From: Felis catus
Lineage: Eukaryota
Assembly (NCBI RefSeq): GCF_018350175.1
Contig: NC_058368.1
Span: forward strand, 151,282,001-151,346,000
Reading direction: 5' to 3'
DNA length: 64,000 bases
Under the pieces are notes generated by a model. That model saw only the letters and a list, made by a program, of their open reading frames with translations, ran no database searches and was not told the origin of the DNA. Positions 28,660 to 42,349 of this stretch are shown here, in pieces. Every line of letters begins with the position of its first letter. Position 1 is the first letter of the stretch. The position numbers and the translations under genes are program-made.

Positions 28660-28870
28660 TGGGATTTGGGGCAGTGGAATGACCTAGGTTCACATTCTGG
28701 CTTTATCATTAATATAATTAATTTTTTGAGTAAGTCATTTAAACGCCCTCAGTTTTGTTTCCTTCATATAAAAAGACGAGAAAACAATACATATCTTACA
28801 GAGTCCTATGAAAATGAAATGAGACTTTACAAATGAAATAACTTAACGCCTGCCTCACGTAATAGCTCAA
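28660..28870 (+). mobile_element. MIR
   Basis: gacctaggttcacattctggct ... cctcagttttgtttccttcatataaaa. Confidence 0.65.
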
Positions 28871-29309
28871 TCCTTTGTAAACTTCTCTGTTAAGGAGTTT
28901 AAAAATATTTTTTCCACACTTACACAATTAAAATGAAATATTTTTCACTGAGTATGCTAATTCGTGCAAATTCTGTGGCCATACCTAACTGACTCAAAAC
29001 ACTAGTAGTATACAATCAAGTCATTAATAAAAGTTTCTTGCAAAATATATTCTATTCTATATAGTTTGAATTGGGCAGTGTTTCTCCAGTGTGTTCCCCA
29101 GAAAGTTAGTCTGAAGTCACCTGTAATTTCATACTTTTGGCATATGCTACAGTCTGTCCTATTCCCCTTCTGAGAAGCCCTCCAGTTAAATAAGCTACTT
29201 TTATTTAAGCCTGTGCTTTTTCTACTTTATTTGGCCATGGAAGATCCTAGTATAACTTTTTCTGAGACAATGGTTTCTCCTTACCCTGTCTTTTCATAAT
29301 TATGGGAGT

Positions 29310-30720
29310 GATTCAGCTGATTCAATATATATTTACTAAGCATCAACCATGTACCAGGAACTGTCCCAAGACTAGGTTATACAGCAACACACACCACAGA
29401 TAATGTTTCTGCTCTCTTGGAGCTCATGTTCTAAAGGAGAGAAAAAGACAATTCACAAATAATATATGTTAGTTTGTGATGAATGCTGTGAAGGAAGGAT
29501 AAGAATATATAGAGTTATGGGAGTAGGACATTATTTTATAGAGGATGGTCAATGAAACCTTCTCAGCTAGAGTCTCATTTGAGCACAGAACTTGAGGAAG
29601 TGATGGAGAAATCCATGTAGACCTTTTGAGGGAGCATCTTTTAGACAAAGAAAAATATAATTGCAGTGAGGTAGAGTGCTTGGAATATTTGAGGAATATC
29701 CAGGGGTCTAGTATTAACTGAATCAGAATTCATAGGAGAATGACGGAAGATAAAAATCAAGAGAATTTGTGAGGTGAGTCTGAGGAGATGATTTGGGTCT
29801 TATATGCTATGGTTAAGACTTTGGGTCTCATTCTGAGTGATTACAGAAGCTAATGGATAATTGTCAAAATTTTGACATGATTTAATTTATGTTTTGTAAA
29901 GATTGTTGAATACTGTATGGAGAATAGACTGAGAGTGCCATGGTTAGAAACACAGAGACTCATTCAGGATCCCATTGCAGTAGTATAGGTGACATATGAT
30001 AGTGATTTCAACTACAGTGTTTGAAGAGTTAAGAAGTAGTTGGTTAAGAATGTATGTTGAAGGTAGGGCTTATGGGATTTACTGATGGATTGAATGTGGA
30101 GTTGGAGAGAAAGAGAGGAACCTTTGATCACACTAAATTTTGTGGCATAAACAACTGAAATCATGGAGGTGCCATTTACTGAAATGACGAACACTAGGGG
30201 AAGTGTAGCTTTGGGGCATGGATGAGGAATCAAGAATTTGCATTTGGGCATGCTAAATTTGAGACGTCTTTCAGGCAGTCAAGAGAACATATGTAGTAGG
30301 CATTGTATGCATATGGAGTTTAAGACAGAGAATAGTGATAGTGATTAATATTAGAGTCATTAACATACAGATAAAATGTATGGCCATGGCGCTGGTCGAG
30401 ATTACCTAGATGATACGTGTCAGTAGAGGATGGAAGCAGAGTGTTGAACACAGCCCTGGGACATACCAATAATTCAAGTTTAGAAAGATAAGTATGTACC
30501 GGTCGGAGAAGAGGAGAATGAAAGGCAAATGGTATCCTAAGAATCAAGTAAAACAAGTGTTTCAAAATAGTATTGACCATTGGCTTTGACAGCATGGAGA
30601 CCATTGATGACATTAACAAAAGCAATTATAGTTTTAGGCCTACGTGTCAAGAAATAATGGAAAGGAAAGAAGTGGATTCAGGAAGCAGAGGCAACTTTTT
30701 AAAAAAGATTCATGTGAAGG
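29310..30720 (-). mobile_element. Long L2 relic (~1.4 kb)
   Basis: tatttactaagcatcaaccatgtaccagg 3' end; gccatttactgaaatg and gggcatgctaaatttgagacgtct are typical L2 segments. Confidence 0.85.
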
Positions 30721-30786
30721 GAACAGACAAGTGAGGATGTAGCTGTCAAGGTCTTTTTTGTTTTTGTTTTTAAGTTGATAGCTATT

Positions 30787-30975
30787 GGGATGCCTGGCTG
30801 ACTCAGTCGGTTGAGTGTTCAACTCTTGATTTCGGCTCAGGTCATGATCTCACTGTTCACGGGTTCGAGCCCCACGTCAGACTCTGTGTTGCTGATGCAG
30901 AGCCTGCTTGAGATTCTTTCACCCTCTCTCTCTCTGCCCCTTGTCTCCTCTCTCTTTCTCTCTCTCAAAAAAAAA
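30787..30975 (+). mobile_element. Can-SINE
   Basis: Perfect 15-bp TSD aagttgatagctatt at 30772-30786 and 30976-30990. Confidence 0.95.
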
Positions 30976-31401
30976 AAGTTGATAGCTATTCATACATAAC
31001 TATTTGTGGGTGGGAAGAATTTGGCAGGTAGTGCAATACACTACCTGATGCTGGGAAAAGAAGGGAAAATTGTACCTTAAACTAGTGAGAAACTCACTTT
31101 AAATAGGTGAGAAAGAATGATACAATGCAAAAATTGCTATGTATTAGATGGAATTAATATTCTCATTTAAGGTATGTATTTGATTGAGGGATGCATTCAC
31201 TCATTTAATAAATATTTGGTACATGTCTATGTCTTAGGAACTTCTAGGAATTGGGAATGTAGTAGTGATAACAGTTACAAATATCTGCATGTTATTTCTA
31301 GTGACATGTGAGAGAGTAGGGAAAATGAATACATAAATCATGTAATATATAAATCATGTGTATTATATAAGGGACATTGATAAGTTCTAACTTAAAATAC
31401 A

Positions 31402-31621
31402 GGGGCGCCTGGGTGGCGCAGTCGGTTAAGCGTCCGACTTCAGCCAGGTCACGATCTCGCGGTCCGGGAGTTCGAGCCCCGCGTCGGGCTCTGGGCTGAT
31501 GGCTCAGAGCCTGGAGCCTGTTTCCGATTCTGTGTCTCCCTCTCTCTCTGCCCCTCCCCCGTTCATGCTCTGTCTCTCTCTGTCCCAAAAATAAATAAAC
31601 GTTGAAAAAAAAATTTAAAAA
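31402..31621 (+). mobile_element. Very young SINEC_Fc-type SINE
   Basis: Nearly all CpGs intact; TSD aaaatacag at 31394 and 31622. Confidence 0.97.
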
Positions 31622-32369
31622 AAAATACAGTTTGTGTAAATAAATTAATTTGCAGGCATATATTTTGTTATGACCATATTGTAATCTAATTTTTTGAAAT
31701 GATCATATTATTTCAAAAGAAAAAATATTTCTGGTAAGCATGTGACAACCAAGAAAGTGCCCAGTCAATATTCAGTGCCTAGATGACTTGTACTTACAAC
31801 TGGCCTTGTTTGTCCTAGATTTCCTAATATCACAGAACACTGCTGGAATCTCAGAGAGAAACGGAAGCCTTATAGTTTTTGAGTTCAGGGTTGAAATAAA
31901 AGAAGAATCTGTGAAAAGTAGGAACAGTTTAGGTGACCTGTGAACAGACTTTCAAAATAGCAAATATGAACTTTCAGCCTCACTAGCTGTTTGCAGTTTT
32001 GTTTTTCTTCACTTCTTAATATATAAAAAATTTGTTTGAATTAAAAATGAAAATAACATATGTGTACATTAGTGAGGTCGGAATACCCAGCAAAATCTAG
32101 GAAAGTTGAGAATCCTGCATATTGGAACAGAAATACCTTTAAGTCAGGGGCCAAAAATCTTGGAACTTGTACCCAACTCTGCTATTATCTATGTGTTTGG
32201 CATTTCACAAATTCTTAAATTGGCACAGATTCTCTTAAATTCATTGAGTATAAACTTTCCTATCTATGTAGGAAAATGTACCTGCCTTATTAACTGAAAA
32301 GGCTGTTAAGTTCTCTTAACCACAGAGATCAGTATGTTGAAAAATATATACATTGAAAAATATATGTGG

Positions 32370-32480
32370 AAACTGAGGTCAAGCAACTTGTCTAAGATCA
32401 CATAGCACATACATTAAGACAGATGTTGAACCCAGGCTTCTCTGATTCTCTAAGCGGTTATCATGTTCTGCAGTATGCAA
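32370..32480 (-). mobile_element. MIR fragment
   Basis: gaaactgaggtcaagcaacttgtctaagatcacatag ... gaacccaggcttctctgattct. Confidence 0.65.
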
Positions 32481-34195
32481 CAAGCATGGGTACTCAAGTG
32501 AGATCAAGAGGCCATGACAAGGCTTAGAAACACCTTGCGTTCTCATGTTCGCTTTCTCATTCACTGTTGGTTGGTTTCAGAAGAGAGGTAAAAAACATCT
32601 CTTCAAACAATTTAACCATGTGGCCTATGGAAACTGTCTTGCTTTGAATTGCTTGATTCACCTGCTTTGTAGGCCACATATAACAGGGGACTAACGTCCA
32701 GTGGTTGATTACCAACTTCATGTAAGCTAACTGGAAAAAGTATGGTTTTTATACTCTTTTCCTGTTATGCAAATGTCTATGAGTTAGGCAGGGTATAAGT
32801 TAGGGCATCGTGGTGCACGTAAAGTTTGCAATATGCATTTACAAATTAACTTGCTGCCAAAGTCACTTATATTTGTAACACATCTCATGCTCTTCTGCTC
32901 AGCGGCAATGTTACAGATGAACTTGAGAGACAGAAGTAGTATTTTTATGCAAATATGCCATAAAATATCTTTGCTAAATAAGCAATTCCTTCTGTAGCAA
33001 GGTTTATTTGCAGTGATACAATTTAGAAGTGTCCCCGATGACAACCTTTTGAGCCATATTAGTTAAATGCTAGAACATCTACAGTGTTAAATCCACAGCA
33101 ATATATTATAATGGGAAAAATGCCTGAGCAGCAGGGAGCCTTTAATACAGAACTCCATAGGCCACTTAAATAGTGTAATCTGGCTTTCAAGTGAAGCATT
33201 CTAAAGAATCTCTATGAACCTTGCTTTGGGGTTTCAGAGAATCGGAATGATATTGAGGACAAAGCTCTGTTCTGGATCTACCTGTCACTGAAACGCTCAT
33301 GCTGCTCTTCTACAAAGCCAGGTGGGATCATTTTTCTAGGAAACATCAATTACTTCTGCTTTTGCTCAGAAATGGCACAGTTATTTTTAGATATATTTTC
33401 CACAAGTCTACAAAGTATTACAATTGCCATAACATATTGGGTAGTATCATAATGGTGTAAGGATCCCTGAGCAAAATATGCCTCCCCATGATATTGCCTA
33501 ACTTATCTTTGAAAAATAGCAGGATTACATATTTTATAACTCCCTGTACAACTAGCGAGGTGTCAACGTGGATGGCAAATGAATGAGTTAGAGTTTTACA
33601 GATTTCCAATATATTTGAATTCACAGATATTTTTTCTCTGAGGGTCAGTTTGTGAAACTTATGGTTTGAAATAGCGTTACTTGAATAAAACGAACCAGGT
33701 TCTCCTAGGGGCTAATCAAATCCTAGATAGTAAATGAGCTACCTTTGGAGGTTGCATTAACACAGCAGTGGCTTAATAAATTATACTCTGCTGATTTGAC
33801 TTCCACTGGTACTTAATTTATAACTGGAGATGATCCTGGTATATAGAGAATCTAGCTAATCATGAACTAGTTTCTTGTAGTGATGAAGTGCATATATCCA
33901 GCCAAGATGTTTGAAATAGAGTTTTGTAAAAAATATAAACAAATGGAGTCTTGTGAGGGTAAACTTCTTGACTGAAGAATTAATACCTAAATCATGACTT
34001 TTTTCTCTTTCTTGGAATCTCTTCAATTTATCTTCCATGATAATATCTATGATATACAGAAAATGAATTGTGTCATTATAGTCTCTTAAGGAAAAATTTC
34101 CCCAGTTGTTCCCTAAGCTGTCTTCAACCTACTGGGTACAATTTCAAACTAGATATTATACAATGGAAGTAAAGCACTTCAGTCTTTTATTTAAA

Positions 34196-34412
34196 AATTT
34201 TTTTTTCAACGTTTTTTATTTATTTTTGGGACAGAGAGAGACAGAGCATGAATGGGGGAGGGGCAGAGAGAGAGGGAGACACAGAATCGGAAACAGGCTC
34301 CAGGCTCTGAGCCATCAGCCCAGAGCCTGACGCGGGGCTCGAACTCATGGACCGCGAGATCGTGACCTGGCTAAAGTCGGACGCTTAACCGACTGCGCCA
34401 CCCAGGCGCCCC
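34196..34412 (-). mobile_element. Very young SINEC_Fc-type SINE
   Basis: Perfect 18-bp TSD ttcagtcttttatttaaa at 34178-34195 and 34413-34430; CpG-rich. Confidence 0.97.
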
Positions 34413-35065
34413 TTCAGTCTTTTATTTAAATAAAAAGTTTGAAAGTTCATCTGTCCATCTATACATCCAGTCATCCATCAATCTGTTCCTCAATTTATTG
34501 TTTTATTCTTTGAATCAACAAAGAATTGTCACTTTAATATGTTTGTAGTTTCCGAGACTTTGAAAAAAATCAAACCAAAAGAGATATCGACCATTAAAAA
34601 AAACTACTAAATCTCATCTTAGCAGAGATATTTGCTAATAATAACTTGCCTCAGTCAGCTAGGCTTTGTCAGTTCTCTCTGCTGCGTGTCTAGCTAAGGT
34701 GGGCATTGGATTAAATTGTTCTATCCTAAAGATTGTTGTTGGCAAGCTCATGTAGGTAATCTACTTCCATATTGTGAATGGAATATACTCTATCTAACCT
34801 TTGGATAAACAGAAGATTTTGGTTTCCAATCCCGTCAGTGTTATAGCTGTTAAGGAGACATGTATCATCTCTTTCTGAAAACTGTAGAATTTATGTTCAG
34901 AATTCAGCGCCAACAAACAAGGTTGGAGTTCTCATGTCAAACTGAAAATATCACTTATACATTTTGGCAGGGAGATGGTGACATTTAAGTCACTTTTTAT
35001 TAGTCTTTTTAGTAGGGCCTTCTAACCTTTATCCCTAACTCAATCTGACCCTTTTGGTGTCTCAA

Positions 35066-35299
35066 TTTTTTTTTTTATTAAAAAAATTTTTTTTAACGTT
35101 TATTCATTTTTGACAGTCAGAGAGAGACAGAGCATGAACGGGGAAGGGGCAGAGAGAGAGGGAGGCACAGAATCCGAAGCAGGCTCCAGGCTCTGAGCTG
35201 TCAGCACAGAGTGCAACACGGGGCTTGAACTCACGAACTGCGAGATTATGACCTGGGCCGAAGTCGGCCGCCCAACCGATTGAGCCACCCAGGCACCCC
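35066..35299 (-). mobile_element. Can-SINE
   Basis: T-tail, (GA)n, head GAGCCACCCAGGCACCCC; degenerate TSD tggtgtctcaattttt / tggtgtttccattttt. Confidence 0.94.
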
Positions 35300-37100
35300 A
35301 ATGGTGTTTCCATTTTTAATAGGAAAAGCCACTGTAATAAATGCAAAAGTAATTCTAATTCTCCAAATTAAGTTGTGAAATGTATTTAATTAAGTGTATA
35401 GATGCAATTTACTAAATCAATTCAATTATTTTCTTCAGTTCACTGAGTGGGGGATATGAAAGTCTTTTTAGTTTTATTTCAGTGCAGAAGGATATCTGAG
35501 TCAAAGGTCTAATCCGAGATTCTAACGATTGTGCCAGGAGAAAGCAAATGTTGATTCCAATTGCTCTTTAATTTCAGGACACAGTTTTCCTTTCAGCTGA
35601 TGTGAGACAGCTCCTGTTCACTAATGGGTCTGGCCTAGACCCTTCGAGAGATGTTTATTATCATTGTCTGGACTTAGGAAATGATTCAAGACACTTGATT
35701 TCAAAGCCCCATCAAGTTCTCGTGCTGCAGAGTAACATCTGATCATTTGATGTGTCACCTCAGCCAAAGGACAGACATGGCGGAAAAAAAAAATTTTTAT
35801 CTTATCTACCCCCATGCAATATGTGAACTTTAACTTCAAGAGTACATTTTTTTCTCTATGCTCCCATTCTGAATTGTGTTCCTTCAATATGAAGGAGCCT
35901 TACAAAAGCTTTTAAATTCAGGTGATCTGAGGGGGAAATATTCCTTAATTTGCAAATTGGTTGAACAGATACTGAATGAGAATCATGAAAGTGTTTTGGA
36001 TATGTTATATGTTTTTTATTAAGAGAAATTGTGCAGAGATGTACATGTTACAAGCCAGCTGGTGTAGTGTGGAATAGTGTGGCATTCTGTGTTCGGCATG
36101 GATCTTCATGTGTCAGTTTATGGCAAAACTCCAGGGTATCCACCAAAGATATTTAACAATTCACTGCTTCTGGAGGCCAAATAATTTTCCAGAGGATTAA
36201 TACCTCAAACATCTAAAATTGGTGACTCGGGCTATTTAGAGATGCAGATCTTGTTTCTTTTAGCTGTTGATTTTCAAAGGCATGTTCTTTCTGGCTCTGG
36301 ATAATTCTCCAATAACAAGGAAGACTAACATGTATGGAAGGCTTATGGAAGACTTACACATAATCTTTACAAAGTTGGACCATTTAGAAACATGATCATT
36401 TGCATTTTTTCTTTTTTGAAAGCTTAACCCTAAATTATTGTTCATCAGAGAAAAAGGCTTTGGGATTTATAATTTTTTTTCTTTTCCTTGAAAACTGAAA
36501 CACACTCTTGTTTTTAGCATATAGCTTCTAAGGTAATGAGGAACACACCAGTACATTAAAGCAAATGTGTGTCAAATCCCCAGGGAAAACAGATGTCATG
36601 CGTGCAGTATTTCCTCCAGACATCTGAAATCCAACATTATTGTTCTTTCAATCTGCTTTCTAAGTAAATGAAACAATGGGGAGTATACATAAATCCTTCT
36701 ATATTAGAATTTAAGAAATATTTCAACTGGAGAAGTTCAAAGTTTGCATTTGATAAATAAAGACATAAAGAGCTTAAAATTAGGGAACCCAGAATTGGAA
36801 ATATGTATATTTCCACTGGTTTATTCCACAACTGTACATTTTCCACTGATTTTCATAATCTGTGATAATGTATAAACCTGAAACTCATCTCTAAGTAAAA
36901 TCCATAATTTTCTGAACATTTTCAGCATTATGCTTAAATGTCAGAGATCATAAACTTAAGGTGATTTTCCCAATTTTAGGTAAGATTTATTAGTTGTTAT
37001 AAATTAAAAAGACTTGGCAGTCAGCAATAAATTTGGACCTTTGTAAAATACATACTTAAAATCATTTATACTGCCTTAACAAAAGTGTGTGCATGTCTGT

Positions 37101-37101
<1 letters not shown>

Positions 37102-37135
<34 letters not shown>
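37102..37135. repeat. (GT)17 microsatellite
   Basis: Direct reading. Confidence 0.95.
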
Positions 37136-37141
<6 letters not shown>

Positions 37142-37555
37142 CTGTGGAGGTGTTGAGTGCTTTTCTGTGTGTATTGGGTAGAAAAAAATATATAAATGAT
37201 CATATGAAGGTAGATTCACATCTCCTCTAGCCTCATTGACTTTAGACATTGAAAACCCTTAACATGTAGGTCCACCTCTGTGCAGTTTTGAGCTAAAGAG
37301 AACTAACACTGGAAGAGAAACATGAGCTACATCTTTGCCAGGGGGGGGACTTGGCACTAGCCTTCTTGTTCTGAGTCATTCTCATGCTTGGACTGGGCTG
37401 GCCGGGAGCAATCCACTGCCTACCAAACTGCAGCCAGATCTCCTGATCTAGTAGTGTCCTTTTCATGACTATGCTTACTTTTCCGGTGTCATTCAGGTCT
37501 ATTTGCAGGAATAGGGTTTTGCCACAAACCCCAGGCCTCTTGGCCAAATGCTTAC

Positions 37556-37593
37556 CTGCTGGATAACTCTTGCCATTTCTCTACAAGTCTCTC
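37556..37593 (-). other. Candidate 38-nt exon of an unidentified transcript
   Basis: Minus strand: tttatgttttgcag|GAGAGACTTGTAGAGAAATGGCAAGAGTTATCCAGCAG|gtaagc, with near-consensus acceptor and donor. Confidence 0.3.
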
Positions 37594-40049
37594 CTGCAAA
37601 ACATAAACTATGGCATGCTTCCCAACTACATAGACTCCTGTACACGAACACTAGTTAGGATTACTTCTGAGATTGTGATGTTCTCTTAGGCAAAACATTT
37701 TGATTCCTTGAGAACTGAATCTGCAGCTGAATTAGTTTTCCTAGGCTTGGCTCAACACGATTCCAGTTTACTCCATTTTTCATGTTGGCCCACCATTGAG
37801 ATCCCAGCATGCCAGGTTACACAGGTGTGACAAAGACCACATTAAATAAGAAAGTTTGCAAACATTTTGCTTCCAAAGCAAGATTATGGGTGGGGTTATA
37901 TTGATCATTATTCTTTTCTGAAGCCATCATTCTGTATGTAGAGTTTAGCTGAGATGTACTATTCAGAAAACCATTTAATATTGAACGTATGATCTTCACT
38001 ATTTGGGCACTGACAAGATCACATAATGGGCGAGGAACAGGTGTTTTTCCAGCAGCAGGAAAGAAAGCAAATTGTTAAGTATTTCATGATACCACATCTC
38101 TAATTAAAAACAGCAGAGATTTTTAACAAGTTTTTACTATTTTTCTCTCTCAAGGTAAGTCAGGTGTTCTCTAAAATGCCTAGGCTTGCGTGTCTTCTAC
38201 ATGTCTCTTATCTGGCCAAAGACCAATTAGATAACTAATTATTTTTCATTATTAACCTGATTACATTGTAGCAGAATCACTTATATTTTAAGGTGCTAAT
38301 AATGCTTAGTACTTATAAATGATTCATTTTTGTTTTGGATATATATGAAAGAAGGAATCATTGAAATGCTACAAAGTTATTTCCTTTTTTAAAAAAATAA
38401 AATTATTTCCTTTTAATGTAAGTTGCTAGTAATCAGCACATTTATTTAAATGGAAACATATCTTTCATTGTAGACGTTTATGACATCTTATGTTATATGT
38501 AAAATTGAAATCCCAGCAAAAATAAAAAAAAGCATATCCTATGATGTTATACGTGAAAGTTACTTCCTGAAACCCATTTATATGGGTCTTTTACAAAAAA
38601 AAACACTAGAAAATCTAGTTTGAGGGATAATACTTATATTTGAAACTAACCACCTTTTTGAGGAGCTAAAGCTATAAAATTATCCTTCTAATTTAGGGTC
38701 ATGTATTTGATACCTCTGATGAAGTCTGTTGGTCAATGCTCAATAAACTTGAGCCCTCAAATTTCCTATCCGATGAGCATTGAAAATAGGTAATTTAATA
38801 ATTTTTTCTGCAGAAGTTTTCGTTATTTATCACTAATTCTGGAGAGTGGGAGTATGTGCTCTGTGAAAGCAATGTGCTCTTTTTAAGTGTGGACAAATTT
38901 GACTCAGGTAAAATATGAGCCTAGAAGAGCAATTCCCTATAATTTAAATGGTGACCTTTGCTTGAAAAGTCTCAAGACATGTAAGTTTTATGCTTCTTTT
39001 TATAAGAATTCAATATTGGAATTTTATTGTAACTTCGTGTGTGTTCCTGTCACTGACTGATGCTGGGGATCTGTCTTATTGCAGAGAGGTGCAATTTATG
39101 GAGTTTTCTCGTACACTGATAGTTTTGAATTCTTACTAATCATATATGAATTTCATCTTTCTTTAACTTATGTGTACACTCTGTTCCTCTCTATATAGTT
39201 ATGTTGCCAGTGTAACATATAGAGAATGTAATGTGTGAGTTGGCATTATCATTGTGACAATTCTCTACAATGATGGTGCGAGTGATTTTTATATTCTAGA
39301 AGAATCAGATCAGAAGAGGCGAATTTATTTCATCAAAGCCATAGAATTCCATTCTCCTAAGTGTTCACCTCCTCCTTATTGCCCATCCACAGGCACCAGA
39401 AGTTGAATGGGCTTAAGCAAAGTGGAGAGGAAGGTGGGAAGAGTGCCCTCCCATTATCCAGTTCTTTTTTTCTTTGCTGTGAACTCTAGTTCTACTCAGT
39501 TTTCTATAGTTTTTTTTTATACAGAAACGATATTCTGTTTTATTTTACTTTTTGTTATTGTCAATGCTGCTTATCTTAATTCTTCTCTGAAGGATACACT
39601 AGACTTACAGAATGGAACACAATGGAACCTCCCTTAATTTTCTCTGAGGTTGCTGTGTTTGTACACTTGACTGAGGAATCCTTTCTAAGAGGCTTTTGTG
39701 TAGAGAGGGGGCTGGCATAAGGAGTGGGGAGAGCTAAAACAGAGTCAAACTCCCTGTTTTCTTTTTTTCTCTGTTGTTTTTCCACCTAGATTATCTTTCC
39801 TGCCTGGGTTATATCTGCAGAGCAGCCGACACTCATTCTTATAAATGTGTTTATGTTTGAGATTGGATGTAGTGGAGGATGGAAGGATATAAAATGAGAG
39901 AAGGTGAGTGAAAGGGGGAGATTTTTATATTTGGATTGTTAGAATGCTGTCATGCTAGCTTTTTTTACTTGGATTTACTGAATTTTCCAGTCAGAGAGTG
40001 TATCAAAGGAAGCAGTTTAGCAATTTAATCTACAGAACTATTTCTACTT

Positions 40050-40076
40050 TTTTTTCCCTCTCTTCCTCCTTCCTCC

Positions 40077-40128
<52 letters not shown>

Positions 40129-40212
40129 TTCCTTCCTTCCTTCCTTCCTTCCTTCCTTCCTTCCTTGTTTCCTTCCTTCTTCTTCCCTCTCTTTCTCTCT
40201 TTCTTTCTTTCC
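40050..40212. repeat. Compound (CTTT)n/(CCTT)n polypyrimidine microsatellite
   Basis: Direct reading. Confidence 0.95.
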
Positions 40213-42349
40213 TCCAGATTGAGTAAAAAACCTTATAGCCTAGAACAAGAACATAAAGATACTTATGTTGAGGACTGGTGGTTCCTAGTCTCTTAACTCA
40301 GGCAGTATCTACATAAAGCCAGTGAATTAGCTATATAATTTGGTTGCTTTTCTTTGCTGTTTGTTATTTAAACAGTGCAGAAAGCGTCCTATGTAATTGT
40401 AGATCTTATATGTGAAAAACTTATAGACATTTCAAAAGAGACTCTTCCTGAAAGCATGTTGTCCTCTAAAATGAGACAAAAAGGTACCCTAATAACAAGT
40501 TGCAGAGCATATATTTTTTTCATATTTATTCAATTAAATTTGGGTGGGGGAAATCATTTAACAACAAAATTAGGCATAAAAATAAAGAGGATTGTAGACA
40601 GAACAGGTGTTTGGAATTTGATGGTGACTTCAAAAGCCAGAAATCTTGGAAATTTGATTTTTAATTTGTTCAACATATTATCCCTTTGATTTAATGTGTC
40701 AATGCTTTGCATTATTTTCACTAAATAGTTTAGCATGGTTTTATAGTATAATTTAATAAATACTTCTATTACAAGTTTTCATTCCCAAAGTCATCTTTCT
40801 CATTAGTATGGTTGTACACCTACTAATGTGTAGATGTGATCATCTACTCTTTAGGAAAGTTTTGTTTTCAGACTATTGGCTGCTTACCTAGGAACTATCC
40901 AGTCTTGTTGATATCCTAGCAAAACACACCCTGTTGGGTCTTATTGCTTAAATATTCCCACTTCTAAAATTACCACCACACCACTGGGGGTGAATGAATA
41001 CACGATTACAATTTCAATTTGACAGCTTTAAAGGAAATGGCATAGGGATTTAATTAGACCCTCTCCATGTGCTTCATTGATTCTCAGATGGGTTTTCATT
41101 CTAGCATAAGCAGATGTGAATTCTAACATAGAAGTTAGATTTTCTTGCACCTTGCTTGGGTTATTCAAACCAATAAAACAGCCAACAGTTAGTTGCTTGA
41201 ATATACAAAATCCAAAAGCAAAGTGGTTTGGGAATGCTGAGAGATAGCTGCATCCTTCGTTTTCTTACCCTTATGAAATAGATTGAAGTCATCAGGAAAA
41301 TAATGATTTTTATGGCTCTTGATCTCATGCTATATGATGAAGAGGGAAATTAGGCTACAGTGAAATATTTTCATTCGGGGCAATAATGGAAATTTCCCAA
41401 CATTATTAGAAGAGAAATATTATAGTTATTTCTTTTTCTGAGCTAAACAAAATGCCCAACTGAGACAGATATGAAAGCTATTGTTAAAATTAGTTACTGG
41501 AGATTCTAAGAGGGAAACAGTGTAATCTCTTCAAGATTTTTTTTTGAAACATATTTTTTCTTAAAATGAAGATAATATGCATGTTTATTTTAGAATTCTG
41601 GAAATCTGAGTGTTTCAACAGATACACTGTTCAATTTTCAATGTGGGTTTGGACATGAATTGTCAGTAGCAAGAAAATAATTGAAGTTGTCCACGGATGT
41701 CTGAAATGACACACCACCTCCAGCCACCTCATTGGCCACGCAGTTGAGAGCGCCATCATAGCCTCTGTGGTTGACCTTGAGAAATATAATTAGGTAACTG
41801 TCTAGTTTTCTGAAGTCATCAGGCAGTCCACACCAGAGCCTGCACAATGGCCTGCATCCTTCCAGCCTCCACTTTGTGTTTTATCTTCCTCACATGAGCC
41901 CCATTATCATTTTTCTGCCTTGCTGAAACCCTCCTCTGCATCAACTTTTCTCCCCCCTTTCCTCTAACCTCACCATGTTAGGGAATTCTGGGTCCTGTCA
42001 AACTCTAGGCTACTAACAACTGAGTATAATTTCTCATCTGTGATGCCCCTTGGAGTTTGTCCATCAGTTTTATTCCTGGAGGGAAACCTAGTGAGAAAGT
42101 GGTATCATTTGTTTTTCTGTAGGAAAAAGGAAGAGGAGAGAGAAAATTATCAGGCAGATGTATACCTACTAGCAAGTTAAACTTGTATGTATATGTCACA
42201 TTTAGTTAAATATTTACAGGGCCAGGACAGAGAATTAGCCAGGCCTGATGACAAGTATCACCCACTTCCTGTGTTGCTTGAGAAATCTCTCATAGGGAAG
42301 CTGTGTTAGGTTAATTCCCCTATGCATCTGTCCATTTCTTGGGCATAAT

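Noticed and set aside
39185..39300. H/ACA snoRNA interpretation of the twin hairpins
   Set aside because: Hairpins too short and no properly placed H box or ACA tail
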